Shown: positions 22,230 to 33,650, counted from the stretch's first letter. The stretch: DNA of 64,000 nt from an uncultured bacterium (GCA_943788175.1 CALSPG010000003.1:83088-147087); one strand, 5' to 3'. A program made the numbers and translations. Notes: generated from the sequence alone by a model not told the origin.

Positions 22230-22852
22230 ATAAGAAAATAGATACTAAGTCAAAAAACAATATTGAAAGCTCTTCTCGTGTTCCAAATATGTTGAATCTT
22301 TATAGGACTCAAGTTATTTCTAGCATGGTTACTAGATTTAATTACAAAAATTCAATGCAGGTTCCAAAAATACGTTCAATTTCTTTGAACATGGGTATAG
22401 GTGATGCAAAAGCCAACAGTAAAAAACTCGATAGTGCGATTAAGGAAATGGGTCTTATTACTGGACAGAAACCATTAGTAACAAAATCAAAATCTGATAT
22501 TTCTAATTTTAAAATTAGAAAAGGTTATCCCGTCGGTTGTAAAGTAACCTTGAGATCTACCAAAATGTATGAATTTTTCGAACGTTTAACCTGTGTCGCT
22601 CTTCCAAGGAGTAGAGATTTTCGTGGTCTGTCATTTAAATCATTTGATGGGCGTGGCAACTACAACTTTGGGATAAAAGAGCAGATCGTGTTTGCAGAAA
22701 TTAATTATGATGATATTGATTCTGTTCGTGGCCTTAATGTTACAATAAGTACTTCGGCTAAAACTGATGACGAGGCATATTGGCTTTTAAAAGAATTTGG
22801 TTTTCCTCTAAGAGAAAAACCCACAACAAAAACAATTGATGAGGCTGCGTAA
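22226..22852 (+). CDS. rplE: 50S ribosomal protein L5 (start uncertain; N-terminal extension)
   Basis: [22 protein letters not shown]. Confidence 0.97.
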   Translation: MNKKIDTKSKNNIESSSRVPNMLNLYRTQVISSMVTRFNYKNSMQVPKIRSISLNMGIGDAKANSKKLDSAIKEMGLITGQKPLVTKSKSDISNFKIRKGYPVGCKVTLRSTKMYEFFERLTCVALPRSRDFRGLSFKSFDGRGNYNFGIKEQIVFAEINYDDIDSVRGLNVTISTSAKTDDEAYWLLKEFGFPLREKPTTKTIDEAA

Positions 22853-23157
22853 TGGCAAAAAAATCTAAAGTAGTACGTGAGAAAAAATTAATTAAGAATG
22901 TTGAAAAATATGCAACTGTTAGAGCAGAATTAAAAGCAGTAATTAAAAATTCAGATACTTCCTATGAGGATAGAGAAGCTGCAGTAGCAAAATTAGATAA
23001 TTTGCCAAAGACTTCAAGCCGAATTAGGATTAGAAATAGATGTTTTAAAACTGGCAGGCCAAGAGGTGTTATTAGAAGATTTAAATTATCTAGGCTTTGT
23101 TTTAGAGAAATGGCTTTAAAGGGTGAAATTCCTGGTGTAACAAAAGCAAGTTGGTAA
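22852..23157 (+). CDS. rpsN: 30S ribosomal protein S14, long 101-aa type without an intact Zn ribbon
   Basis: RNRC..TGRPRG...[15 protein letters not shown]. Confidence 0.97.
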   Translation: MAKKSKVVREKKLIKNVEKYATVRAELKAVIKNSDTSYEDREAAVAKLDNLPKTSSRIRIRNRCFKTGRPRGVIRRFKLSRLCFREMALKGEIPGVTKASW

Positions 23158-23169
23158 GGAAATAATAAA

Positions 23170-23568
23170 ATGACCATGACAGATCCGATAGCAGATTTTT
23201 TAACAAGAATAAGAAATGCTTTTAGAACAGATAAGCGTTGGGTAGATATACCTTCCTCAAATATGAAAAAAAGAATGGCTTATATTTTGAAAGAAGAAAA
23301 ATACATTAAAGATTTCTTCTTTATTAATGACGGCAATTTTCAAACTATTAGAATTTTTCTTAAATATGACTTCAACGGTGGTTCAGTCATCGAAAGTATT
23401 CAAAGGCGTAGTAGGCCTGGACAGCGTATTTATGTTGGAAGTGGTGAAGTTCCGAGAGTATTAGATGGGTTAGGGATTTCTATCCTTTCTACTTCGAAAG
23501 GTGTTATCAGTAACAAAACTGCATCTAAGTTAGGTGTTGGCGGTGAATTGCTCTGTGAGGTATTTTAG
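23170..23568 (+). CDS. rpsH: 30S ribosomal protein S8
   Basis: DPIADFLTRIRNA, STSKG, GGELLC. Confidence 0.98.
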   Translation: MTMTDPIADFLTRIRNAFRTDKRWVDIPSSNMKKRMAYILKEEKYIKDFFFINDGNFQTIRIFLKYDFNGGSVIESIQRRSRPGQRIYVGSGEVPRVLDGLGISILSTSKGVISNKTASKLGVGGELLCEVF

Positions 23569-23569
23569 G

Positions 23570-24106
23570 ATGTCTAGAATAGGAAATAACCCGATAAGTA
23601 TTCCAGATGGTATTAATGTCAAAGTTGAAAATAAAAAAATTGAAGTTTCTGGTAAAAAGGGTTCTCAAATAGTAGTTATTCATGAGAATATTAAAGTAGT
23701 TAATGAAGACAATACTTTAACATTTTCTCGAATTGATGATAGTGCGGTTAGTAGATCTATGCATGGTACGACAAGGCAAATTGTTAATAATATGATTGTA
23801 GGTATTTCGGAAGGTTTTAGAAAAGATCTTGAAATTGTTGGTGTTGGTTACCAAGCTTCTATTCAAGGTTCTAGGTTGAAGCTTCAATTAGGGTATTCCC
23901 ATGATATTTTCTTTGATCTGCCAGATGGTGTTAATATTTCTGCAGAAAGAACTTCTATATCTATTGAAGGTAGTAATAAGCAACTTGTAGGTTCTGTTGC
24001 TTCAAAAATAAGATCTTTTAGAAAACCAGAGCCATATAAAGGTAAAGGTATTCGATATAAAGGCGAAAATATTAGGATTAAGCAAGGTAAAACGGTTGGT
24101 GAATAA
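23570..24106 (+). CDS. rplF: 50S ribosomal protein L6
   Basis: MSRIG, PEPYKGKGIRY; start moved to ATG 23570. Confidence 0.98.
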   Translation: MSRIGNNPISIPDGINVKVENKKIEVSGKKGSQIVVIHENIKVVNEDNTLTFSRIDDSAVSRSMHGTTRQIVNNMIVGISEGFRKDLEIVGVGYQASIQGSRLKLQLGYSHDIFFDLPDGVNISAERTSISIEGSNKQLVGSVASKIRSFRKPEPYKGKGIRYKGENIRIKQGKTVGE

Positions 24107-24477
24107 TGGGAATTTTAAACAATAATATAAAAAGAAAAAGTCGCAGAAGAAATAGAAGTAAGTCTACATCAATGTTTCATTCTAAGTATCCTCGACTTGT
24201 TATATATCGAAGTAATAAACATTTCGAAGGTCAGATTATCAACGATTTTGAGTCAAATACTTTAGCTTCTTCTTCTTCGAAAGATAGTAGCTTGAAGAAA
24301 GAAATTAAAAGCTCTAAAAGTAAAACTGACGTTTCCATTATAGTTGGAAAAACTATTGCTGAAAAAGCTATCAAGAAAAAAATCAAAAACGTAGTTTTTG
24401 ATAGAAATGGTTATCCTTTTCACGGTCGCGTCAAAGCATTTGCTGATGCTGCACGTGAAGCTGGATTAGAATTTTAA
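24106..24477 (+). CDS. rplR: 50S ribosomal protein L18
   Basis: PRLVIYRSNKH, FDRNGY.FHGRV. Confidence 0.98.
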   Translation: MGILNNNIKRKSRRRNRSKSTSMFHSKYPRLVIYRSNKHFEGQIINDFESNTLASSSSKDSSLKKEIKSSKSKTDVSIIVGKTIAEKAIKKKIKNVVFDRNGYPFHGRVKAFADAAREAGLEF

Positions 24478-24488
24478 AGGAGTCGAAA

Positions 24489-24992
24489 TTGACAACAATC
24501 AACCCATCTGAATTAGATTTATTAGAAGAATCTGTTATAAAGATTAATAGGACTGCGAAAGTTACCTCTAGGGGCAAAAGATTTAGATTTTCAGCTCTTG
24601 TCGCTGTGGGAGATGGTAAAGGACATATTGGTATTGGTCTAGGTAAGGCAAATGAAGTTATTGTTTGTATTCAAAAAGGAAAGGAAATTGCGAAGAGGAA
24701 TCTCTTTAAAATACCAATAATAAATGGTACGATTCCTCATAAAATCATTGGTAAACATGGTGCGAGCAGGGTAATGTTAAAACCTGCTGCTCCGGGAACT
24801 GGTATTATTGCCGGAGGTCCGGTAAGGTTTGTTATGGAGCAAGTTGGGATTCATAATATATTAACGAAAAGATATGGTTCAAAAAATGCTATGAATCTTG
24901 TTTTTGCAACACTAGATGGCTTACTGAATCTTAAAGATGCGGTTGCTATAGCGAATAAAAGGCAGATAACTATTAGAGAGGTTTTTAATTAA
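24489..24992 (+). CDS. rpsE: 30S ribosomal protein S5 (TTG start)
   Basis: [21 protein letters not shown]. Confidence 0.98.
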   Translation: MTTINPSELDLLEESVIKINRTAKVTSRGKRFRFSALVAVGDGKGHIGIGLGKANEVIVCIQKGKEIAKRNLFKIPIINGTIPHKIIGKHGASRVMLKPAAPGTGIIAGGPVRFVMEQVGIHNILTKRYGSKNAMNLVFATLDGLLNLKDAVAIANKRQITIREVFN

Positions 24993-24996
24993 AGCT

Positions 24997-25176
24997 ATGT
25001 TAGAAATCACATTAGTAAAAAGTACTATTGGTTACAAGCCCAAAGCGAAGCTTACTGTTGCCGCTCTTGGTTTAAAAAAGCTCAATCAATGTGTTGTGAA
25101 ATCTGATACTCCCCAGATTAGAGGTATGATTAATAAAGTTAATTACCTTTTAAAAGTTACAGAGGTGAAGAAATGA
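24997..25176 (+). CDS. rpmD: 50S ribosomal protein L30 (not in ORF track)
   Basis: Manual translation [59 protein letters not shown]. Confidence 0.96.
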   Translation: MLEITLVKSTIGYKPKAKLTVAALGLKKLNQCVVKSDTPQIRGMINKVNYLLKVTEVKK

Positions 25177-25614
25177 ATTTAGAATCATTAGTTCCTATTA
25201 AAGGTTCAACATCTAAAAGAAAAAGAATTGGAAGGGGTCATGGTTCTGGTCTAGGTAAAACTGCAGGGCGAGGACACAAGGGCGCTGGGCAACGTTCGGG
25301 TAATAAAAAAAGAGCATGGTTTGAAGGTGGTCAAATGCCTCTGGCTAGGAGATTACCTAGAAGAGGTTTTACAAATATTTTTAAGAGAAAAATATCAGGT
25401 CGTTAATATCGGTGATTTAAATGAGATTAAATCTAGCGTTCATGTTGATCCTTCTTATCTTGAAGATAACGGTCACATAAGATCTTCACTTAAACCTGTT
25501 AAAATATTAGGTAATGGCGAAATTGGTAAAAAAATTAAATTTAGTGCTTCTGCTTTTAGTGCTTCTGCGCAAGAAAAAATTGAAAAAGCTGGTGGAGAAA
25601 TAATCATTTTATGA
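25173..25614 (+). CDS. rplO: 50S ribosomal protein L15, split by a +1 frameshift near 25378-25392
   Basis: N-half ([19 protein letters not shown]) in one frame and C-half ([24 protein letters not shown]) in the +1 frame; removing one A from the A5 run restores a full ORF. Confidence 0.93.
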
Positions 25615-26924
25615 TTGACAAAATTAGAACAATTTTTAGTATTCCTGAATTGAGGGCTAAGATTTTGTACACACTGGCAATTTTAATTGTTGTTAGAATT
25701 GGTGCTCATATACCGATACCTGGTGTTGATGCTAATGCTCTAGCTGGTGCCTTTGATAGATTGCAAGATACGTTGTTTGGTTTATTTAATATGTTTGTTG
25801 GTGGTGCTTTTGAAAAAGCTTCTCTTTTTTCTCTTGGTATTATGCCGTATATATCATCTTCTATTATTATTCAGCTCATGGGCTCTGTTCTTCCTTATTT
25901 TCAGCGATTACAAAAAGAGGGTGAAGCTGGTAGAAAAAAAATCACTCAAATCACTCGTTATGGAACAGTGCTGATTGCTACAATGCAATCTTATGGGGTC
26001 ACAGTCTTTCTTGAAAAAGAACTTCAAGTGGTAATTAATCCTGGCGCTCTTTTTGTTTTTACGGCTGTAGTTAGTATGGTTACAGGGACAATTTTGCTCA
26101 TGTGGATGGGTGAAAAAGTTACTGAGCGTGGTATTGGAAATGGTATATCCTTGATAATCATGGTCGGTATAATATCACGTCTTCCTTTTGTTGTTGGTAA
26201 TGAGATTAGAGCAGTTCTAGCAGGTGAAAAACTTTTTATTTCAGAATTAGTTCTGATGGGTATCATGTTCCTTGTTATTTGTTTTGTTGTACTATTAACT
26301 CAAGGAACCAGAAAAATTCCAGTTCAATACGCGAAGCGTGTTGTTGGACGTAAAGTTTATGGTGGTCAAAATACTCATATTCCACTAAAAGTGAATACAG
26401 CGGGTGTAATGCCTATTATTTTTGCTCAATCAATCATGTTTATACCAAGTACTGTATCAACTTTCTTTTCTGATAGTGAGTTTTCTGCAAGTATTATGAG
26501 ATGGTTTTCATTTGAGCACCCAGTTTACTGGGTAGTTTTTGGTTTGATGATAGTTTTCTTCACCTATTTTTATACTGCAATTGCTTTTGACCCTATTCAG
26601 GTTAGTTCTCAAATGAAACAGCAAGGTGGATTTATCCCTGGTGTAAGACCAGGTAAAAAAACATCAGAATACATAGATAATATTCTATCAAAGGTGACTT
26701 TCCCTGGATCGGTGGCTCTGGCTGTAGTTGCAATATTTCCATACATACTTATGCAGGCAATGGATGTCGAGTATGATTTGGCTTCTTTTTTTGGCGGAAC
26801 TAGTTTATTAATTATTGTAGGCGTTGCTCTTGATACTCTTCAACAGCTTGAATCTCATTTAATGATGCGTCATTATGATGGTTTTCTTACAAAAGGTAAG
26901 ATACGTGGGCGGAGGAGAATGTAA
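25611..26924 (+). CDS. secY: Preprotein translocase subunit SecY
   Basis: LGIMPYI, GIGNGISL, IPGVRPG, GGTSLLI. Confidence 0.99.
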   Translation: MIDKIRTIFSIPELRAKILYTLAILIVVRIGAHIPIPGVDANALAGAFDRLQDTLFGLFNMFVGGAFEKASLFSLGIMPYISSSIIIQLMGSVLPYFQRLQKEGEAGRKKITQITRYGTVLIATMQSYGVTVFLEKELQVVINPGALFVFTAVVSMVTGTILLMWMGEKVTERGIGNGISLIIMVGIISRLPFVVGNEIRAVLAGEKLFISELVLMGIMFLVICFVVLLTQGTRKIPVQYAKRVVGRKVYGGQNTHIPLKVNTAGVMPIIFAQSIMFIPSTVSTFFSDSEFSASIMRWFSFEHPVYWVVFGLMIVFFTYFYTAIAFDPIQVSSQMKQQGGFIPGVRPGKKTSEYIDNILSKVTFPGSVALAVVAIFPYILMQAMDVEYDLASFFGGTSLLIIVGVALDTLQQLESHLMMRHYDGFLTKGKIRGRRRM

Positions 26925-27673
26925 TGGTATACACGCGTTCAAACAATGAAATCGAGATGATTTCTAAAAGCTGTCAAATTGTAGCAAATACACTTGAAAT
27001 GATTTCTGAATTTGTTGTCCCTGGTGCCTTACTATCTGATTTAGATAAAAAAGCAGAAAACTTTATTGTTTCAGCTGGTGCTCGGCCTGCTTTTAAAGGC
27101 TATATGGGGTTTCCCTCTACTTTGTGTATATCAATTGAAGATGCTGTTGTGCACGGTATTCCTCATGATATTGAACTTGAAGAAGGTCAAATAGTGGGTA
27201 TCGATTGCGGTGCGGAATTGAATGGCTATTATGGAGATCATGCTAAAACTTTTGCTGTCGGCAATATTAGCGCTGAAAAAGAGAAATTAATGATGATTAC
27301 TGAAGAATCATTAAACAAGGGTATTGAAATGGCTATTCCTGGAAATTGTGTTGGCGATATTGGTCATGCTGTACAAACACATGCAGAATCTAATGGGTAT
27401 TCAGTGGTTAGAGAGTTAGTTGGTCATGGCATTGGTCAAAATTTACATGAAGAGCCTCAGGTTCCAAATTACGGTCGACCAAAAGAGGGCTATAAATTAC
27501 ACGCTGGAATGTGTATTGCAATAGAGCCGATGATTAATCTTGGAAAAAAAGAAGTATATACATCTGAAGATGGGTGGACTATTTTAACAGTTGATGGAAA
27601 AGCTTCTGCTCATTTTGAGCATACAATCGCTATTATGGAAGATGGTCCTAGAATTTTAAGCACGACAAGGTAA
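26924..27673 (+). CDS. map: Methionine aminopeptidase type I
   Basis: VVHGIP, GHGIG..LHEEP, IEPM, SAHFEHT. Confidence 0.98.
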   Translation: MVYTRSNNEIEMISKSCQIVANTLEMISEFVVPGALLSDLDKKAENFIVSAGARPAFKGYMGFPSTLCISIEDAVVHGIPHDIELEEGQIVGIDCGAELNGYYGDHAKTFAVGNISAEKEKLMMITEESLNKGIEMAIPGNCVGDIGHAVQTHAESNGYSVVRELVGHGIGQNLHEEPQVPNYGRPKEGYKLHAGMCIAIEPMINLGKKEVYTSEDGWTILTVDGKASAHFEHTIAIMEDGPRILSTTR

Positions 27674-27675
27674 AA

Positions 27676-27903
27676 ATGGCTAAAGAAAAACCAATAACTA
27701 TTGATGGTACGATTAAAGAAACTTTGCCCAATGCAATGTTTCGTGTTGAGGTAGAAATCGGAGGCGACAGTCATATTGTTTTAGCTCATGTAAGTGGAAA
27801 AATGAGGATGCATTTTATTAAAATATTACCTGGTGATATAGTGACTCTTGAAATGAGTCCTTATGATTTAAATAGAGCCAGAATAGTATATAGGAAAAAA
27901 TAA
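27676..27903 (+). CDS. infA: Translation initiation factor IF-1
   Basis: [18 protein letters not shown]. Confidence 0.98.
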   Translation: MAKEKPITIDGTIKETLPNAMFRVEVEIGGDSHIVLAHVSGKMRMHFIKILPGDIVTLEMSPYDLNRARIVYRKK

Positions 27904-27906
27904 TTT

Positions 27907-28020
27907 ATGAAAGTTAGAGCTTCGGTAAGAAAAATGTGTGCTAAATGTAAAGTGGTGAAGCGTAAAGGAAAACTGCTTGTCATTTGCGAAATTCCTAAGC
28001 ATAAACAAAGGCAAGGATAA
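27907..28020 (+). CDS. rpmJ: 50S ribosomal protein L36, Zn-ribbon type (not in ORF track)
   Basis: Manual translation [37 protein letters not shown]. Confidence 0.97.
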   Translation: MKVRASVRKMCAKCKVVKRKGKLLVICEIPKHKQRQG

Positions 28021-28024
28021 TAGA

Positions 28025-28402
28025 ATGGCTAGAATAGTTGGTGTAGATATACCTAGAAATAAAAAAATTGCTTTTTCTCTGTGCTATATTCACGGCATTG
28101 GGTTATCAACAGCTTTGAAAATATGCGAGAAAGCTAAAGTAGATACAGCAAAAAGGGTTCAAGAATTAACTGAAAAGCAAGTCAGTAAGATTCGTGAGAT
28201 TATCAGTTCCTTAGAAATCAATGTTGAAGGTGAACTTAGATCTTTTAATGCAATGAATATCAAGCGCCTTAAAGATGTAGGTGCCTATAAAGGCATAAGA
28301 CATAGAAGAGGTTTACCTGCTAATGGTCAAAGAACGAAGACCAATTCAAGGACAAGAAAAGGTAAAAAACGAACAATTGGTTTAGGTAAAAAAGCTATTT
28401 AA
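28025..28402 (+). CDS. rpsM: 30S ribosomal protein S13
   Basis: [24 protein letters not shown]; start moved to ATG 28025. Confidence 0.98.
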   Translation: MARIVGVDIPRNKKIAFSLCYIHGIGLSTALKICEKAKVDTAKRVQELTEKQVSKIREIISSLEINVEGELRSFNAMNIKRLKDVGAYKGIRHRRGLPANGQRTKTNSRTRKGKKRTIGLGKKAI

Positions 28403-28422
28403 TTAAAAATTGAGGTAAAGTT

Positions 28423-28806
28423 TTGGCTGAAAGCAAACAGAAAAAAAAGAAAAAAGTCGTTGATCCAAATGCCATCGCGCATATTAAATCAACTTTCAAT
28501 AATACACACGTTACGATATCTGATAAATTTGGAAACGTTCTCATATGGCAAAAGGCGGGTTCATCTGGTTTTAGAGGTTCTAGAAAAAGCACAGCATATG
28601 CTGCTACTCTTACAGCTCAAAAGGTAGCTGAGACTGCTCTTTCTATGGGCATTGTTAGTATATCTGTTGAGGTTAAAGGGCCTGGGGCCGGTCGAGAATC
28701 TGCAATAAGAGCATTAGCAGTCTCTGGTTTACAAATAACATCCATCAAAGATGTTACTCCGCTACCCCATAATGGTTGTCGTCCGCCAAAGAGAAGACGT
28801 GTATAA
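28423..28806 (+). CDS. rpsK: 30S ribosomal protein S11 (TTG start)
   Basis: [24 protein letters not shown]. Confidence 0.98.
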   Translation: MAESKQKKKKKVVDPNAIAHIKSTFNNTHVTISDKFGNVLIWQKAGSSGFRGSRKSTAYAATLTAQKVAETALSMGIVSISVEVKGPGAGRESAIRALAVSGLQITSIKDVTPLPHNGCRPPKRRRV

Positions 28807-28831
28807 CAAAAAATAAACGAGAATATTTAAT

Positions 28832-29449
28832 ATGGCAAAAACAAATCAGGCTAGAGGGAAATTGGTTCGAAAATTCGGCGAGAATATCTTTGGCAATCCA
28901 AAATATGATAGGTTGTTAAACCGTAAACCTTATGGCCCCGGTCAGCATGCTCAAACTAGAAGAGGAAAAATATCTAACTATGGGACCCAGCTAAAGGAAA
29001 AGCAAAAAATAAAATTCATGTATGGTTTGTTAGAAAAACAATTTAAAATTACTTTTAAAAAAGCTGAAAAACTTAAAGGAGAAACCGGTACTAATATGCT
29101 GCAACTCCTTGAGAGTAGATTGGATAATGTGGTTTTCAGGCTCGGTTTTGCTCCAACGAGGCCGGCTGCTAGACAGTTAGTAAATCACAAGCATTTTTTA
29201 GTGAACAATATTGCAGTTAATATACCTTCCTATGTGCTTAAAATTGGAGATAAAATATCTGTTCGCAACAAAAGTAAGAAGATGGATATAATTCTGAATT
29301 CAATTAGAACCATTAAAGGCGATATAGATCTAGCTTGGCTTGATCTAGATAAAGCTAAAATGACTGGAACTTTTTTAAGTGTTCCAGAAAGAGATCAAAT
29401 GAATTTGACAGTTAATGAGCAGCTAGTTGTTGAACTGTACTCAAAATAA
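28832..29449 (+). CDS. rpsD: 30S ribosomal protein S4, cysteine-free
   Basis: PGQH, LESRLDNVV, ARQLVNH, VELYSK. Confidence 0.98.
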   Translation: MAKTNQARGKLVRKFGENIFGNPKYDRLLNRKPYGPGQHAQTRRGKISNYGTQLKEKQKIKFMYGLLEKQFKITFKKAEKLKGETGTNMLQLLESRLDNVVFRLGFAPTRPAARQLVNHKHFLVNNIAVNIPSYVLKIGDKISVRNKSKKMDIILNSIRTIKGDIDLAWLDLDKAKMTGTFLSVPERDQMNLTVNEQLVVELYSK

Positions 29450-29479
29450 ATTAAGATAATAAAAAAGGATAAATTTTCA

Positions 29480-30451
29480 ATGGATAAATCATTTAATTTA
29501 ATAGTTCAAACTGATGAAAAGTCTTTATCAAAAACGGATGGTCAATTTACAATTGAACCGCTAAGTAGGGGTTACGGTATTACATTAGGTAATGCTATGA
29601 GAAGAGTTTTGCTTACTAGTATACCTGGTGCGGCTATTACTCATCTGCAAATCGAAGGTGTCGATCACGAATTTTCTACTCTTAAAGGTGTTAAGGATGA
29701 TGTTGCTGACATCATAATGAATTTAAAGAAAGTTAGATTTAAGTTAATGGATAATAATCCTGACAAAATAAACCTTACTTTTAAGGGTAAAAGTATTGTA
29801 ACTGCAAAAGATTTACAAAATGCTAGCAACCAATTTAAAATTTTAAATCCAAAACAGTATATTACTGAAGTAAACTCAAGTGGTAAACTTGAGATGGAGA
29901 TTAGAATTGGTATTGGTATGGGTTATGTGCCCTCTGAGGAAAACGATTTACCTAATTTGCCGCTTGGAACTCTATCCATTGATAGTATATTTAATCCTGT
30001 TACAAAAGTTACTTATGACGTTAAACCTGTTCCAGGTGCAAAAGAACCTATTGAGATTTTGACTATGAATGTACAAACAGATGGTTCAATTTCGCCTAAG
30101 GATGCTATTAGCTACTCTGCTACATACATAAGAGAACATTTAAAATTCGTTGAAGCAATTGCAAATCCGGAAATTTTAGAAATTTCAAAAGGTGTTTCTG
30201 ATGAAACATTAGCATTACGTAATCTATTAAATCAGGCAATTGATGAAATGGAGTTATCAGTTAGAAGTTTTAATTGTTTGCAGGCAGCTGGTATCAAATA
30301 TATTCATGAATTAGTGAGTAAGGAAGAAAACCAAATGTTGAAATATAAAAACTTCGGAAGGAAATCCCTTACTGAGTTAGTTGATAAACTCAGTTCGATG
30401 GGGCTTCATTTTGGTATGGATATAAGCAAAATTATGGCAGAAGAGGGTTAA
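29480..30451 (+). CDS. rpoA: RNA polymerase alpha subunit
   Basis: GYGITLGNAMRRVLL, LSVRSFNCL, NFGRKSL. Confidence 0.98.
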   Translation: MDKSFNLIVQTDEKSLSKTDGQFTIEPLSRGYGITLGNAMRRVLLTSIPGAAITHLQIEGVDHEFSTLKGVKDDVADIIMNLKKVRFKLMDNNPDKINLTFKGKSIVTAKDLQNASNQFKILNPKQYITEVNSSGKLEMEIRIGIGMGYVPSEENDLPNLPLGTLSIDSIFNPVTKVTYDVKPVPGAKEPIEILTMNVQTDGSISPKDAISYSATYIREHLKFVEAIANPEILEISKGVSDETLALRNLLNQAIDEMELSVRSFNCLQAAGIKYIHELVSKEENQMLKYKNFGRKSLTELVDKLSSMGLHFGMDISKIMAEEG

Positions 30452-30455
30452 TCAA

Positions 30456-30860
30456 ATGCGCCACAAGAAAAAAGGACGCAAATTAGGCAGGAAGGTTGGT
30501 AATCGCAGGGCATTACTAATGAATTTAGCATGCCAGTTGATAGTTCATAAAAAAATTAAAACTACAGATCCAAAGGCAAAAGAACTTAGATCATATATTG
30601 AGCCTTTAATTACTTTAGCAAAAAAAAATAGTCTTCATTCAAGAAGGTTAGTAATAAAGAAGATTCCTAAAAAGAATATTGTACGAATTCTTTTCGAAGA
30701 AATTGCACCGATATTTTCTGATAGACCTGGTGGGTACACTCGGATTACTAAACTTGGTTATCGGGATAATGATAGAGCACCTGTATCGGTCATAGAATTC
30801 GTTGAATCATTCGAAACTGTGGCAGTTGAAAATTTATCTTCTGAAAAATCTGAAAAGTAA
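30456..30860 (+). CDS. rplQ: 50S ribosomal protein L17
   Basis: MRHKK, RPGGYTRI. Confidence 0.98.
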   Translation: MRHKKKGRKLGRKVGNRRALLMNLACQLIVHKKIKTTDPKAKELRSYIEPLITLAKKNSLHSRRLVIKKIPKKNIVRILFEEIAPIFSDRPGGYTRITKLGYRDNDRAPVSVIEFVESFETVAVENLSSEKSEK

Positions 30861-30887
30861 ATTTTAAAGATAGCTTATCGTTTTCTT

Positions 30888-31994
30888 TTGCGTCAAAAGT
30901 ATCTTCTTCTTTTTTTTTTAAATTGCATTCTCATATCTTCAGATAACAGTCCCTCTGTAAAAGCACTTTGGGTAGTGCGAGATCATATGGTTAGTAAGGA
31001 CCTAATTGATAACGTACTAGATTTTGCTGAAACTAATGGTTTCAATCATATTTTTGCGCAAGTAAGAGGACGAGGTGATGCTTATTATAATTCAAGTTTT
31101 GTTCCAAAATCACACCTTGTTGATGCTGATTTTGATCCGTTAGAATATTTAATAACTTCTAACAAAAGTAGTAGTATTAAAATTCATGCATGGATCAATA
31201 TTTATTATTTATGGTCTTCAAAAACATTACCTAAACAAAAAAAGCATCTTTTACTCAAAAATCCTGAATGGTTAGATAGATCTAATAAAGATAAATATAT
31301 AAAAACCGCTCAATATCTTAGTGATAAAAACTCTATGAAAATAGATGGAGAAGGTTTCTATTTAGCACCTACAAATTCATCTGTTAAAGATTATTTGTTA
31401 AATGTTATATCTGAATTATCTGAAAAATACTTACTTGATGGAATTCATTATGACTATATAAGATTTCATAATACAAAATATGGATTTAATGAAACAGGAT
31501 TAACTGAGTATAGGGCATTAAATAAAATAAATGCTATTAATTATGGTGAAGATGATAGTGTTATTTTTTCTGAATTTAAGAGAAGTTCGATAACTAGGTT
31601 TGTTAAAGAAGCCAAAGAATTAATAAAGCAAAATTTGCCAAATTCAATTATTTCCGCTGCTGTAAAGCCTAATATTTATGATGCTAAATTACTATTCTTT
31701 CAAGAATGGGATTTATGGCTATCTGCTGGTTATTTAGATTGGGCTGTCCCCATGAATTATGTAGTGGATAATGATAAATTCGTTCAAAATATGTATATGG
31801 TGAAAGATAACATTCCTTCTCAATATCATAAAAAAATCATTGTTGGTATTTCTACATATAATCAAAGCGCTAGAATAGTTGGAAAAAAAATAAAAAGGTT
31901 AAGGAATATGAGGTTTAATAATATATCTATATTCTCCTATAATGTTTTTGTCGATAATCCTTACTATTGGAAAAAATTAAAAAAATATTTTTAA
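30888..31994 (+). CDS. Secreted glycosyl hydrolase-like 10 (GHL10/DUF187) family protein
   Basis: Signal-like N-terminus; [38 protein letters not shown] motifs. Confidence 0.85.
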   Translation: MRQKYLLLFFLNCILISSDNSPSVKALWVVRDHMVSKDLIDNVLDFAETNGFNHIFAQVRGRGDAYYNSSFVPKSHLVDADFDPLEYLITSNKSSSIKIHAWINIYYLWSSKTLPKQKKHLLLKNPEWLDRSNKDKYIKTAQYLSDKNSMKIDGEGFYLAPTNSSVKDYLLNVISELSEKYLLDGIHYDYIRFHNTKYGFNETGLTEYRALNKINAINYGEDDSVIFSEFKRSSITRFVKEAKELIKQNLPNSIISAAVKPNIYDAKLLFFQEWDLWLSAGYLDWAVPMNYVVDNDKFVQNMYMVKDNIPSQYHKKIIVGISTYNQSARIVGKKIKRLRNMRFNNISIFSYNVFVDNPYYWKKLKKYF

Positions 31995-32002
31995 TAAAAA
32001 CT

Positions 32003-33649
32003 ATGAAAAGAAATATTATACCGCCTGTTGGATCAAAACTAAATTGTAAAAATTGGCAAATCGAAGCTGCTTATCGAATGATTCAGCATAATTTAGATAA
32101 AGATGTTGCTGAAGATCCTGACGAATTAATTGTTTATGGAGGTAAAGGTAAAGCTGCTCGTGATTGGAAAAGCTTTGATTTAATATTAGAAACATTAAAA
32201 AGGCTAAATCATGACGAAACATTAATAATACAGTCTGGAAAGCCTGTAGCTGTTTTAAAAACTCATTCATATTCACCTCGTGTTTTAATTGCAAATTCAA
32301 ATCTAGTTCCAAATTGGGCTAATTGGGAACATTTTGATAAGCTTGAAGCCGAAGGTTTAATGATGTATGGACAAATGACTGCAGGAAGTTGGATCTACAT
32401 TGGTACGCAGGGAATTCTTCAAGGTACATATGAAACTTTCATTGCAGCAGCCAAAAAACATTTTGGTTTAGAAAATCTAGCTGGAAAACTAGTACTGACA
32501 TCAGGTCTTGGAGGCATGGGCGGTGCTCAACCTTTGTCTGTAACAATGGCTGGAGGTGTAGCAATTTGTATTGAAATAGATGAAAACAGGGTAAAACGCC
32601 GTCTTGAGACTAAATACCTTGATAAAGCAACAAACAACCTTGATGAAGCTCTAAAATGGGCAAAATCAGCTGTAAATAATAAAAAGCCACTAAGTATCGG
32701 TCTTATTGGTAATGCTGCTGAAGTCGTGCCTTTATTTGCTAAAAGAAAGGTGATTCCTGACCTTGTTACTGATCAAACTTCTGCGCACGATGAATTAGTG
32801 GGTTATATACCTGCAGGTTATAGTATTGATGAAGCAAAAAATCTTCGAGAAAAAAATAAAACTTTATATATAGAAAAGTCCATACAGTCTATGGGAATTC
32901 ATGTCGAAGCTCTTTTAGAATTGAAGTATCTTGGATCTATTGTTTTTGATTATGGTAATAATATTCGAGCACAAGCAAAAAAAGCAGGTGTTAAGAATGC
33001 ATTTGACATACCAGGTTTTGTACCTGAATACATCCGACCTCTTTTTTGTGAAGGGAAGGGGCCATTTAGGTGGGTAGCTTTATCTGGGGACAAAAATGAT
33101 ATATATAAAACTGATGAAGTTGCTTTAAAAATGTTTTCTAAAGACAAAGCTCTATGTCATTGGATAAAAATGGCAAATCAAAAAGTTTCATTTCAAGGAT
33201 TTCCATCAAGAATTTGCTGGTTGGGCTATAAAGACCGTGTACGGTTTGGTCTAAAATTGAATGAGATGGTTAAAAAAGGTGAATTATCAGCACCAATAGT
33301 AATTGGACGAGATCATTTGGATTGTGGATCTGTAGCTTCTCCAAACCGAGAAACAGAGGCAATGAAAGATGGCTCTGATGCTGTAGCTGATTGGCCTCTT
33401 TTAAACGCCTTAATAAATACTGCTAGTGGTGCGACATGGGTATCAATTCATCATGGTGGTGGAGTTGGAATGGGATATTCGGTTCATGCTGGTCAGGTCA
33501 TTGTAGCTGATGGAACAGAAGAAATGGATAAAAGAATTTCTAGGGTTTTGACAAATGATCCAGGTATTGGAGTTGTTCGCCATGCTGATGCTGGTTATTC
33601 TGATGCTATAACTAACGCTGAGGATTGGTCGATAGATATTCCTAAATAA
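32003..33649 (+). CDS. hutU: Urocanate hydratase
   Basis: [37 protein letters not shown]; start moved to ATG 32003. Confidence 0.97.
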   Translation: MKRNIIPPVGSKLNCKNWQIEAAYRMIQHNLDKDVAEDPDELIVYGGKGKAARDWKSFDLILETLKRLNHDETLIIQSGKPVAVLKTHSYSPRVLIANSNLVPNWANWEHFDKLEAEGLMMYGQMTAGSWIYIGTQGILQGTYETFIAAAKKHFGLENLAGKLVLTSGLGGMGGAQPLSVTMAGGVAICIEIDENRVKRRLETKYLDKATNNLDEALKWAKSAVNNKKPLSIGLIGNAAEVVPLFAKRKVIPDLVTDQTSAHDELVGYIPAGYSIDEAKNLREKNKTLYIEKSIQSMGIHVEALLELKYLGSIVFDYGNNIRAQAKKAGVKNAFDIPGFVPEYIRPLFCEGKGPFRWVALSGDKNDIYKTDEVALKMFSKDKALCHWIKMANQKVSFQGFPSRICWLGYKDRVRFGLKLNEMVKKGELSAPIVIGRDHLDCGSVASPNRETEAMKDGSDAVADWPLLNALINTASGATWVSIHHGGGVGMGYSVHAGQVIVADGTEEMDKRISRVLTNDPGIGVVRHADAGYSDAITNAEDWSIDIPK

Positions 33650-33650
33650 A

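Noticed and set aside
25173-25614. rplO as a true pseudogene
   Set aside because: Both halves are fully conserved and a single homopolymer base explains the break
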